Part shown: piece after piece, positions 37,301 through 45,275 of the stretch | Position numbering within the stretch: the stretch's first letter is position 1 | Layout of the letters: each line of letters starts with the position of its first letter | DNA from: Candidatus Fimihabitans intestinipullorum | Lineage (GTDB): Bacteria; Bacillota_I; Bacilli_A; RF39; UBA660 | Assembly: GCA_018714965.1 (NCBI GenBank) | Contig: DVML01000007.1 | Span: forward strand, 74,610 to 138,609 | Direction: 5' to 3' | Length of the DNA stretch: 64,000 nucleotides | Notes under the pieces: model-generated | Database searches by the model: none | Told to the model about the DNA's origin: nothing | The model's input: the letters and a program-made list of their open reading frames with translations, nothing else | Position numbers and translations under genes: made by a program

Positions 37301-38732
37301 GAACTTCTCAGGAGATTACCAATGGAAAGCACATGAATATACAAAAGTACTATTCGGAGTAGATAATGTATATCGTGCTGGAACGATTGGTACCGTTGCC
37401 GAGAAAACAGCATTTGGATTTGTAAAAGGATATTGTGAAGATAAAGGAATTCATATGAGATCTGCCGAGATCGAACGTCTAGCAGCTGGTTGTACTGGGG
37501 TAAAAAGAACGACAGGACAACACCCAGGTGGAATCGTCGTTATTCCAGGATACATGGATGTATTCGATTTTACACCGTTCCAATATCCAGCAGATGATGC
37601 GACATCTTTGTGGCGTACGACTCACTTTGACTACCATGCAATCGATCAAGACGTATTAAAATTGGATATTTTAGGACACGTCGATCCAACGCAGTTACGT
37701 ATGTTACAAGACCTATCTGGTATGGATGTGACCAAAGTTCCACTCGATGATAAAGATACGATGGATATTTTCTGTTCTCCAAAGCCATTAGGTGTTACGA
37801 AAGAACAAATTATGTGTGAGACGGGAACTCTTGGAATTCCAGAGTTTGGAACACCGTTTACGATTGGTATGTTACAGGATACGAAACCGAAGACATTTGC
37901 CGAGTTGATCAAGATTTCTGGTCTTTCTCACGGAACGGATGTATGGCTTGGAAACGCACAAGAATTGATTCGAAACAACGTCGTTCCATTTGCTAAAGTT
38001 ATCGGATGTCGTGACGATATCATGGTATATCTTATGTACAATGGACTAGAACCAATCAAAGCATTTAAAATTATGGAGTTTGTCCGTAAAGGAAAGGCAA
38101 GTAAAGATCCGGAAACATGGAAAAAATATGAAGCAGAAATGAAGGAAGCGAAAATCGCCGATTGGTTTATCGATTCATGTTCTAAGATTAAGTACATGTT
38201 CCCGAAGGCCCATGCAGCTGCCTATGTTATTAGTGCATTCCGTATTGCTTGGTTTAAAGTTCACCATCCGAATTGGTATTATGCATCTTATTTCTCTGTT
38301 CGATGTACAGATTTTGACATTGAAACGATGATCAAGGGATATGATGCAATTAAAAATCGAATTATAGAAATCAATAATATGGGAAAAGGTGAGGCAAGTA
38401 ATAAAGACTTAGAAGTTGTCGAAGTTTTGAAAATTGCCTTAGAGGCAACCGCACGTGGTATTACGTTTGGAAATATCGATCTAAAACGAAGCGATTCTAT
38501 GAAGTTTGTAATCGACGAAGATGGAACGACTTTAATTCCACCATTTAGAACGATCGACGGATTAGGAGATACAGTTGCGAAAAAAATTGTAGAAGAAAGG
38601 GAAAAGGCTGAATTCTTGAGTATCGAAGATTTACAAAAGAGAGCTAAGGTTTCAGGAACATTGATTGAAAAAATGAGAATGATGGGAATCTTAGACGGCA
38701 TGGAAGAGTCAAGTCAATTAAGTCTTTTCTAA
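34317..38732 (+). CDS. polC: DNA polymerase III PolC-type alpha subunit
   Basis: 1471 aa; PHP domain (VELHAHTMMS), DEDD exonuclease (VVFDLETTG), zinc-finger CPNC...CPKC, polymerase core. Confidence 0.95.
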   Translation: MQDKMKILLDQIKLPKESYSYYESATLQRIIGNKAKDQYHFLIELESTLPVEKYEQFLEYLPKGFPTIRKVDVRFTVKHILKQYIPEYFKKYISNYAKEHPLYETFLNGQPTLTDGTLTIVVGCKAEKMQLEHIQSELIKYFEHAGFGEMLLEIEIDSTLSHAVYDEIIEEMHAPLPEHMPDPVPPTEEPREPSKKFSKKSYSRKLIQDTDDPDVIVGRKIEEQIMHIDHILGEMNSVVFEGHIFGMEVRDTRTELKIVTLKITDYTDSIYAKMFVNDADDFAHIKKNVKVGNWYVFRGNAKDDQYSKELTVTIRDINALDRPVEEIKDEAEEKRVELHAHTMMSQMDGVVDAKKLVKQARKWGHRAIAITDHNGGQAFPDVYHTICDINKNLAEGEDPFKAIYGTELTLIDDTVDIIIRPDDSPLLETTYVVFDLETTGFNAGGKDSIIEIGAVKICNGEILDRFDQLIDPKRKLPAKIVELTNITDEMLVGMPSEEEAVRDFIAWFGDLPMVAHNAKFDVSFLEMAYKKYNLGTFENTVLDTLELSRTMDNNFARHGLSALVKRYNVPWDEDAHHRADYDAEGTALVLHKMLKKLNDRNYETLRDLEKIVSKDEIHKYGRSHHVNILAKNKTGLKNLFKIISYANTKYLYKTPRILRSEIEKHREGLLIGSGCYESEVFKEARSKSDEELTNIINFYDYVEVQPLDCYDHLLQMNDFASKRELIDHIKKIVRVTEEAGKIIVATGDVHHLTKDDKIYREIIVNQKVPGGGRHPLARSNIKEIPSYHFRTTTEMLEDFAFLGEEKAKEIVVKNTNMIADMVDIIEVIIETGGVPFSPKIENSVETVNELVYGRAHELYGDPLPKIIEERIEQELKGIIGGGFDVIYLIAQKLVKHSNDDGYLVGSRGSVGSSFVATMMGITEVNPLPAHYICPNCKHSIFEEDGEALGAKYSSGFDLPNKKCPKCGTWMHKEGQDMPFATFLGFNADKVPDIDLNFSGDYQWKAHEYTKVLFGVDNVYRAGTIGTVAEKTAFGFVKGYCEDKGIHMRSAEIERLAAGCTGVKRTTGQHPGGIVVIPGYMDVFDFTPFQYPADDATSLWRTTHFDYHAIDQDVLKLDILGHVDPTQLRMLQDLSGMDVTKVPLDDKDTMDIFCSPKPLGVTKEQIMCETGTLGIPEFGTPFTIGMLQDTKPKTFAELIKISGLSHGTDVWLGNAQELIRNNVVPFAKVIGCRDDIMVYLMYNGLEPIKAFKIMEFVRKGKASKDPETWKKYEAEMKEAKIADWFIDSCSKIKYMFPKAHAAAYVISAFRIAWFKVHHPNWYYASYFSVRCTDFDIETMIKGYDAIKNRIIEINNMGKGEASNKDLEVVEVLKIALEATARGITFGNIDLKRSDSMKFVIDEDGTTLIPPFRTIDGLGDTVAKKIVEEREKAEFLSIEDLQKRAKVSGTLIEKMRMMGILDGMEESSQLSLF

Positions 38733-38740
38733 GGTGATCT

Positions 38741-39304
38741 ATGGATAAGGAAAACACAAAAACAATAACTCGTAAAAGACTCATCGGATCAAATTACGTG
38801 GAAGAACTAGAATATTATGATTTCAATTTATATCCTCTTCATTTGATTGAACCAGGATATCAATTGTTCGTCGTTCCCACTGATACGATCAATGAAGCTT
38901 GTTATATCGTTAGAAAGGGTGACTTTTCAGCAAGCCGTGTAAGCCATGCGGATTACGCAAGAGAACTTGTAAGAAGTGAACCATTTGCAATGCAAGAGGA
39001 ATTAGATTATCAAAGATCTAACGGGACAACAGCAAGATGGAAAGATTATCAAAAAGAGTATTTTAATAACGAATTAGAATATCTCATAGAGAAAAAGGGA
39101 TTTATTCTATTTTCGCCACCACAAATAGCGAAGAATGTTTCTGCGACAATGCCTCCGGTCTTCATACCGGATATGGATTTACTTACTACGCAAGAAATCC
39201 ATAACTTTTTCTATTTATTAGATATCAACCCTAATTTACATATAGATAAAGAGATACAAGATAAATTGCTAGCTAAAATAACGACGAAAAACAAGAGTCG
39301 ATAA
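38741..39304 (+). CDS. Hypothetical protein, probably co-transcribed with polC
   Basis: 187-aa ORF 8 nt after the polC stop with AAGGTGA RBS; no motif recognised. Confidence 0.45.
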   Translation: MDKENTKTITRKRLIGSNYVEELEYYDFNLYPLHLIEPGYQLFVVPTDTINEACYIVRKGDFSASRVSHADYARELVRSEPFAMQEELDYQRSNGTTARWKDYQKEYFNNELEYLIEKKGFILFSPPQIAKNVSATMPPVFIPDMDLLTTQEIHNFFYLLDINPNLHIDKEIQDKLLAKITTKNKSR

Positions 39305-39326
39305 AAGAGATGTGCAAGCATCTCTT
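39305..39326 (+). repeat. Left copy of the 22-bp target duplication (terminator hairpin)
   Basis: AAGAGATGTGCAAGCATCTCTT, identical to 40349-40370. Confidence 0.8.
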
Positions 39327-40348
39327 CTTAAATTAAAATTTCAACCGCACCACTTGGTGCGGCTTTTTGATACAATAAAAAGAGCCCCACCCGGCAAGGA
39401 GGACTCATAAATGAATTATACACAATTAACAGAAAAAAAGAAAGCCCAAATTGATATATTATTGCAACAAGGACTATCAATGAGAAAGACAGCAGAAATA
39501 TTAAACATACACCATTCCACAATTTCCAGATATAAAAGAGGTATATATAGAAAAAGAAAAATAGATATAAATAAGAAATATGAAGTATTTATTAAGTATT
39601 TGTTTGATCATTATGATAAAAGGCATCACTCAATAGAAGTATGTATACATAATTTTAAAAAGCGATATAAAGGAGCTAGATGTCCTTCGGTGCAACAAAC
39701 ATATAAATGGATAAGAGAAGGTAAAATATTTTTAACAAGAGATAAACTATGTTATAAAAAACGAAGAAGTAAAAATAATAATATGATGGCACATACTGTA
39801 TGGAATATGAAAAATAAAACAATTTTACCAATTAGATTAAGACCTAAGTACATAGAAAAAAGAGATGAAATAGGACATTTAGAAATAGATTCCATTGTTG
39901 GACTCAAAAGTGAACAAGCGTCAATCATATCAATAGTAGATAGATGTACAAGATATTTATGGCTTATAAAAGCGGAATATAAGCAAGAATACTATGTAGC
40001 CAATTTAATATATAATTACATAATAAAAAACAATATAACAGTGAAATCAATTACAACGGATAATGGTTTAGAATTTAATGTATTAGGAATAACAGCAAAA
40101 AAACTAGGAGTAAAACTTTATAAGTGTGATCCATATTGCTCATTTCAAAGAGGAACAAACGAAAGAGCGAATGCATTAGTAAGAAGATGGATACCAAAAG
40201 GAAGTTCAATGAAATTAGTTCCACAAATTTATCTTGATGATATCTGTTTTGAAATAAATACAATGCCACGAAAAATATTTGACTTTAGATCTTCTTGTGA
40301 TGTAGAATTAGATTATTAAAAATGGTGCGGTTGAAATATTAAAAAAAG
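39327..40348 (+). mobile_element. IS30 family insertion sequence (IS1630-like behaviour)
   Basis: About 1.02 kb; terminal inverted repeats share a perfect ATTTCAACCGCACCA core (39338-39352 / 40323-40337); single DDE transposase; flanked by a 22-bp direct repeat. Confidence 0.85.
39411..40319 (+). CDS. IS30 family transposase
   Basis: N-terminal HTH (LSMRKTAEILNIHHSTISRY), DDE triad context HLEIDSIVG / ITTDNGLEF / NERANALVRRW. Confidence 0.9.
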   Translation: MNYTQLTEKKKAQIDILLQQGLSMRKTAEILNIHHSTISRYKRGIYRKRKIDINKKYEVFIKYLFDHYDKRHHSIEVCIHNFKKRYKGARCPSVQQTYKWIREGKIFLTRDKLCYKKRRSKNNNMMAHTVWNMKNKTILPIRLRPKYIEKRDEIGHLEIDSIVGLKSEQASIISIVDRCTRYLWLIKAEYKQEYYVANLIYNYIIKNNITVKSITTDNGLEFNVLGITAKKLGVKLYKCDPYCSFQRGTNERANALVRRWIPKGSSMKLVPQIYLDDICFEINTMPRKIFDFRSSCDVELDY

Positions 40349-40370
40349 AAGAGATGTGCAAGCATCTCTT
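40349..40370 (+). repeat. Right copy of the 22-bp target duplication
   Basis: AAGAGATGTGCAAGCATCTCTT followed by TTTT; the intact original terminator of gene 38741-39304. Confidence 0.8.
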
Positions 40371-40376
40371 TTTTAT

Positions 40377-40419
40377 AGGCCGTATGTTATTTGAAAAGCA
40401 GGCAAATAACATACGGCCT
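40377..40419. repeat. 17-bp perfect inverted repeat
   Basis: AGGCCGTATGTTATTTG-aaaagcagg-CAAATAACATACGGCCT; no U-run on either side. Confidence 0.6.
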
Positions 40420-40425
40420 AGCAAA

Positions 40426-40818
40426 TTATAATAATGCGGTATCGGCAATCGTAAATCCATTAGAAGAATCGTGAGTGACGATATAATAGCCGACAATTGC
40501 GGCAAGAAAGGCAAGTGCCGAATTAAATTCTTGTAAATATAAATTCGTTGCCCTTTTTCCTTCTTTTTTTGCGATTTGAATATTTCCATATCCTACGTAA
40601 AGATAAATCAATACGACGATGATGATTAAAACACTGTTGAAGTAACTTAATTTTCTCGCATATTCATCCGAAAAGAGACGTGGTTGATCAGAAAGAGAAA
40701 GTATTTTGTCATAGGTTAGAATGATAGATATGACAACGGTAAGAAGAAATCCCATTGCGGCAATCAGTTGTATCGTAAGTAGTTCGATTTGTTGTTCTGT
40801 CGTATCATTCTGCTGCAT
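40426..40818 (-). CDS. Small membrane protein, unknown function
   Basis: 130 aa with three or four TM helices; 14-nt overlap with the upstream deacetylase gene. Confidence 0.5.
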   Translation of the reverse strand: MQQNDTTEQQIELLTIQLIAAMGFLLTVVISIILTYDKILSLSDQPRLFSDEYARKLSYFNSVLIIIVVLIYLYVGYGNIQIAKKEGKRATNLYLQEFNSALAFLAAIVGYYIVTHDSSNGFTIADTALL

Positions 40819-42115
40819 CGAATTTTGCCCTTGCTCGAATTTTTTTGACTGTCTCTAATTCACTTGCAGTCACAAATTGATAACCTTGTTCTTTCAAAGA
40901 CGGTATGATGATTTTTAATGCCTCATAAGAACGTTTATGTGTATCGTGCATTAAGATAATCGATGTATCTTGACAAGATTTTAAAACACGATTTGCGATC
41001 GTATTTGCATTTTTGATCTTCCAATCAGATGAGTCGACAGTCCACATGATAGGGGTTAAATTCACTTGTTTTTTTAAATCATCGTTTACCGCACCATAAG
41101 TAGGACGAAATACGCGCGGAGTAAATCCCGTTAATTTTTTGATTGCATTCTGTGTCAAGGTAATTTCTTCTTGTAGACCATCATGATCTAATTTGGTTAG
41201 CCATTTATGTGAAAAAGAGTGATTTCCAATTTCATTTCCATTTTTCAACATCGTTTGGACCGTTTCTTGGTATCGATTAATTTTATTTCCAATTAAGAAG
41301 AAAGTAGCTGTTACCTCTTCTTTTTTTAAGAGATTTAAAATTTGTTCTGTATAATAGCTAGGCCCATCGTCAAAGGTAAGTGCGATGACTTTTTTATTAG
41401 GATCGATTACTTTTTCCGGTATGGAAATTACATCGTGTTCTTCTTCTTCAAAAACGCCACGTTCGAATTCGATGTTTAAACCAATCTTATCTAAAGGAAG
41501 TGCTATAGAAATGATATCTTCATATCCGGCTGTCAATTGATTTGGATTGTAGTACAAAATAAGATAATCTTCTGTTAATGTAAAGAGGGAAAACTTATCA
41601 AAATCAGGTACCATCATTTCTGAAAACTTTTCCATTAAAATACAGTCTTTATACTTTGAAAGTAACGCCTCTTTGATGAGGGCTAGAATTTTTTTTAATT
41701 CCTCTTTCGAAATGAAGTCTTCGAGTGTCAATATTTTTTTCTCCTTCTGATCTAAGACGTATGTATGAATTTTATTGTTTGAATGTTCTAATGCATCTGA
41801 TTGTGACATTGTCGTGAGAGTAATTATTACATATCGTTCATGTAGTATATTATAAGTATAAGATAGATTAAATTCGGACGGTGTTGAGAGAGATTTTGTA
41901 TCTCTTTGAAATTTTTGATAATCGAGATCGACATCTTTCTTTATTTGCGCATCCAATTTTTCATGATTGGTAATAGGGTAATTGATTGCTACTTTTTGAT
42001 ATTCCGTTTGCCGAATCATCGTTTTTACTTTTTCTCGTACGATCGCTTTATCTTCACAACCGACAAAAATAATGATAGACAAGAGTAGTAAAACTAGTTT
42101 TTTCACACATATCAC
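40805..42115 (-). CDS. Lipoprotein with polysaccharide deacetylase (NodB) domain
   Basis: Lipobox LSIIIFVGC; NodB motifs ALTFDDGPS and HSFSH; N-terminal half resembles DUF3298/RsiV-type domains. Confidence 0.8.
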   Translation of the reverse strand: MICVKKLVLLLLSIIIFVGCEDKAIVREKVKTMIRQTEYQKVAINYPITNHEKLDAQIKKDVDLDYQKFQRDTKSLSTPSEFNLSYTYNILHERYVIITLTTMSQSDALEHSNNKIHTYVLDQKEKKILTLEDFISKEELKKILALIKEALLSKYKDCILMEKFSEMMVPDFDKFSLFTLTEDYLILYYNPNQLTAGYEDIISIALPLDKIGLNIEFERGVFEEEEHDVISIPEKVIDPNKKVIALTFDDGPSYYTEQILNLLKKEEVTATFFLIGNKINRYQETVQTMLKNGNEIGNHSFSHKWLTKLDHDGLQEEITLTQNAIKKLTGFTPRVFRPTYGAVNDDLKKQVNLTPIMWTVDSSDWKIKNANTIANRVLKSCQDTSIILMHDTHKRSYEALKIIIPSLKEQGYQFVTASELETVKKIRARAKFDAAE

Positions 42116-42206
42116 CTGTTAAAATATATTCAAAACTAGTTAAAATCAATACAAAATAATTTTTATACGGAATATAAGAAAATAGGAGAGGAAGGGTGTA
42201 TGATAA

Positions 42207-42563
42207 ATGGAACAATTATTTCCGGCTAAATTACTCGATTTACTTGTCATCAGTGTTACGTTTAGTATGATTAGTATGGTATTCATACAGAAGTGTAAAT
42301 CGATGAAGTTCGTCAGAAAAAAATGGCAAGTATGTTTGTTAAATTTCTTATTTTCTTTTCTTGTCGGAATGCCGTTTGCGAATGTTTTTTACGACGTTTC
42401 ATGGTTGGATTCGATATGGGTAGGACTGTTTACTTTTGTAGGGGCTCCATCTATATATGATGCGTTAAAAAATCAAAAAATTTTTAATTACAAGCCAAGC
42501 TCGCTACAGGATACGATAGCGATACCAAAAGAAAATGAAATTATGGTACCAAAAGATGATTAG
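42207..42563 (+). CDS. Small membrane protein, unknown function
   Basis: 118 aa with about three hydrophobic helices. Confidence 0.4.
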   Translation: MEQLFPAKLLDLLVISVTFSMISMVFIQKCKSMKFVRKKWQVCLLNFLFSFLVGMPFANVFYDVSWLDSIWVGLFTFVGAPSIYDALKNQKIFNYKPSSLQDTIAIPKENEIMVPKDD

Positions 42564-42629
42564 TTCATCTTTTTTCTTTTCAAACCAATTGATTTATGCT
42601 ATGATAATACTATAAAGTGAGGGACTGAA

Positions 42630-43952
42630 ATGAAGCAGGAAGGATATGTAAATGCAGAAGGAGCACCAATTGTACATAAGGAAATTGATAAAAAAACTTT
42701 AATGATTCGAATCGGTATTGTTGCTCTTGTTGTCTTTATTATCATTTTTATTTTTATTATCGTACAAAAGAGTAGTAAAAATAAGAAATGCAATAAAATC
42801 GAAGATACGATCGAGAGTGCAGCACTTTCTTCTGCAAGAGAACAAAAAATATTACCAACGGTAGAAGGAAAATCTGTTACATTGGATATCGATGATTTAA
42901 TTAAAGACGGTACGCTATCGAGTGAAGAAGCAAACAATGGAAAAGATGCTTGCAAAGGAAAAGTGACGATTACAAAATATAAAGAAGATTATCATATGGC
43001 AGTGAATCTAACTGGTTGTGGTTTCTGTGCGACAGAAGAAAGATATGGAAACTGGAAAGAATCAGATAAAATGCCATCTGGGAATGTGTATGTAGAGTTG
43101 GTACCTTCTTATAATTATTACACGTTTGAAACTAATTACGGTATGTGGAGTGATTATTTGACGGAAGATCAATTGGAATCTAAGAAAGATAAAAAATATA
43201 AGATAAACTTACCAAAACAAATGGATTTGATTCCAGAAGCACCAGTGGATGCACATATTGTAACGATCGAAGAGGAGAAAAAAAATTACTATCGTTATCA
43301 GGATAAAATGTGGAAATTCTATTCTAACCCGAATGCGAATTGTTCTGCATATAGTTCCGAGCAGCCAAGCGGATATGCAACAAAGGATGAAACATCACAA
43401 ATCGAATCGGATCCATCTCCATGGTCACTTTCTTACCCGGATGAAAAAGACTATCGTTCTATTACGAGAGAGATCGGATACCGTTGGTATTATATGGATG
43501 GTAAAAAGAAAGTATATTGGAAAAATGGGAAGTATGCAGTAGAGCAACCTGGAGAAAAATACACTGAAAAAGATAATGAGTCTCCAATGTATTCTTATAC
43601 GGATTTAATGTGGCGTTGGTGTAACGGTGCAACAAGACGGTACATATCGTATAGTTCTGTTACGAATTCAAGTTTCCCATATCGTGATGATGAAACGATG
43701 ATTACAACGTCATGGTCTAGCTACGATGAAGAATCAAGACTCGATGATACGAATCGTGGATACCGTACAGAAGAAATCCAAGTGAGATCACGTTTTAGAT
43801 ATAAATACGATATTTATTCTTTACCATTATTAGATAATTACGTAAGTGCAAGTAAATTTGAACAGACGGTTGGAACGACATTAGAAGAATTTGTAAAACA
43901 ACCAAATGTAAAAGTAGAAGTAAAATACACATATAAATATAGAAAAGCGTAA
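42630..43952 (+). CDS. Membrane-anchored, W/Y-rich extracellular protein of unknown function
   Basis: One N-terminal TM helix, then 380 aa with recurring aromatic segments (YRYQDKMWKFY, GYRWYYMDG, YTDLMWRWCNG, RFRYKYDIY). Confidence 0.5.
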   Translation: MKQEGYVNAEGAPIVHKEIDKKTLMIRIGIVALVVFIIIFIFIIVQKSSKNKKCNKIEDTIESAALSSAREQKILPTVEGKSVTLDIDDLIKDGTLSSEEANNGKDACKGKVTITKYKEDYHMAVNLTGCGFCATEERYGNWKESDKMPSGNVYVELVPSYNYYTFETNYGMWSDYLTEDQLESKKDKKYKINLPKQMDLIPEAPVDAHIVTIEEEKKNYYRYQDKMWKFYSNPNANCSAYSSEQPSGYATKDETSQIESDPSPWSLSYPDEKDYRSITREIGYRWYYMDGKKKVYWKNGKYAVEQPGEKYTEKDNESPMYSYTDLMWRWCNGATRRYISYSSVTNSSFPYRDDETMITTSWSSYDEESRLDDTNRGYRTEEIQVRSRFRYKYDIYSLPLLDNYVSASKFEQTVGTTLEEFVKQPNVKVEVKYTYKYRKA

Positions 43953-44029
43953 AACATCCTATGGGATGTTTTTTGTATTGGATCAATTGTAAAATCATGG
44001 GATTTTACGAGCTCGGCGCATGAAATAGC

Positions 44030-44297
44030 TTGATTCTTAGTTAAAATAATGATATATTATTATTGTAATAATAGAAGGAGGAGAATATGAAGTCAAATTC
44101 AAAAGGATTTACGTTGATTGAGTTGTTAGCAGTTATCGTAATCTTAGCAGTTATCGCATTGATCGCAACACCTTTAATTATGGGAGTAATCGACGATGCT
44201 AGAAAAGGATCAGCTAAGAATGGTGCTTATGGTTATGTCAAAGCAATGGAAAATACAATTGCTACTGAAATGATCAAAGATACGAAGATTTCACCAG
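44030..44297 (+). repeat. Copy 1 of a ~268-bp tandem duplication (promoter, RBS and pilin 5' region)
   Basis: Aligns with 44634-44901 at a constant 604-nt offset, with about a dozen mismatches by eye and a perfectly identical run of about 100 nt. Confidence 0.8.
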
Positions 44298-44536
44298 CTA
44301 AAAACCAAACAACAGTTGGAAAAGTTGTATTTGATACACGTGGTAATGATGGGGTTGTTACTCCAGGTACAGTGGATAAGGCGAAACCAATCGATTATAA
44401 AGGAACGGCACCAGATCGCCACACTTTAAAGATCGTAAACGGAACTGTTGGACAAGATTCAACAATCACAATTTCTGGATACAGCTTTAAAATGGATGCC
44501 AACGGTGAATGGCAAGAAGATACAGCTACAGAATAG
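44087..44536 (+). CDS. Type IV pilin/pseudopilin-like protein (prepilin-type N-terminal methylation domain)
   Basis: MKSNSKG|FTLIELLAVIVILAVIALIA class III signal peptide. Confidence 0.85.
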   Translation: MKSNSKGFTLIELLAVIVILAVIALIATPLIMGVIDDARKGSAKNGAYGYVKAMENTIATEMIKDTKISPAKNQTTVGKVVFDTRGNDGVVTPGTVDKAKPIDYKGTAPDRHTLKIVNGTVGQDSTITISGYSFKMDANGEWQEDTATE

Positions 44537-44633
44537 TTGAAGGTATAAAAGTTGAATATGAAAAGGGGGGCTATCCTCCTTTTTTTGCTGTTTAAAAAAG
44601 TGATGTGTTTTACAAAGAGTTGTGTCAAAGATC

Positions 44634-44901
44634 TTGATTCTGAGTTAAAATAATGGTATATTATTATTGTAATAATAGAAGGAGGAGAATATGAAGACAA
44701 ATTCAAAAGGATTTACGTTGATTGAATTATTAGCAGTTATCGTAATCTTAGCAGTAATCGCATTGATTGCAACACCACTTATCATGGGAGTAATCGACGA
44801 TGCTAGAAAAGGATCAGCTAAGAATGGTGCTTATGGTTATGTCAAAGCAATGGAAAATACAATTGCTACTGAAATGATCAAAGATACGACAATTTCACCA
44901 G
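44634..44901 (+). repeat. Copy 2 of the ~268-bp tandem duplication
   Basis: See 44030-44297. Confidence 0.8.
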
Positions 44902-45155
44902 ACTCGCCACAAACAGTAGTTGATACAGTTTCCTTTACACCATTAATGAATAGTGGGGCAGCTGGAAATAAAAAGACAGCAAATATCAATTATAAGGGAA
45001 CAAAACCAGATCGTCACAATTTAGTAATTACAAACGGAACTGTTGGAAATGGTTCATGTATTACAATTTCAGGATACTCATTCTCTATGACAAATGGTGA
45101 ATGGCAAGATGCTACAAATTGTACAGTGCCACCAGCTGCGGGTAGTGGAGAGTAA
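44691..45155 (+). CDS. Type IV pilin/pseudopilin-like protein, paralog of 44087-44536
   Basis: Same prepilin leader; first ~66 aa nearly identical to the paralog, middle region divergent, C-terminal block (NYKGT.PDRH...NGTVG...ITISGYSF.M..GEWQ) related. Confidence 0.85.
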   Translation: MKTNSKGFTLIELLAVIVILAVIALIATPLIMGVIDDARKGSAKNGAYGYVKAMENTIATEMIKDTTISPDSPQTVVDTVSFTPLMNSGAAGNKKTANINYKGTKPDRHNLVITNGTVGNGSCITISGYSFSMTNGEWQDATNCTVPPAAGSGE

Positions 45156-45275
45156 TTTATCGAATTAAAAGGAGGGGATTCTCCTTTTTTCTTTGCATTA
45201 AAGTTTTGTGAAAAATAAGTGGATCTCGTTTTATTCTTCTATAAAGCATGGTATAATAATAAAACGGAGGTTGTT

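Noticed and set aside
36677-38701. Several 60-137-aa minus-strand ORFs inside polC, and similar antisense ORFs inside cca, rnr, the FtsX permease, PBP2, clpB and the HerA-like gene
   Set aside because: All are embedded antisense in long, well-supported coding regions. They have Ser/Ile/Phe-rich low-complexity translations typical of AT-rich antisense frames.
39328-39522. 64-aa minus-strand ORF spanning the IS30 left end
   Set aside because: It crosses the terminal inverted repeat and the transposase 5' end. The hydrophobic, low-complexity translation is likely spurious.
40308-40589. 93-aa minus-strand ORF spanning the IS right end, the duplicated hairpin and the palindrome
   Set aside because: It overlaps structured non-coding elements and is out of frame with the better-supported membrane protein gene 40426-40818.
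42599-42955. 118-aa minus-strand ORF overlapping the start of gene 42630-43952
   Set aside because: It is antisense to a better-supported + strand gene with RBS and TM anchor, and has no RBS of its own.
44395-44706. 103-aa minus-strand ORF spanning the gap between the two pilin genes
   Set aside because: It is antisense to the first pilin's 3' end, its terminator and the duplicated promoter of the second pilin. No RBS is present.
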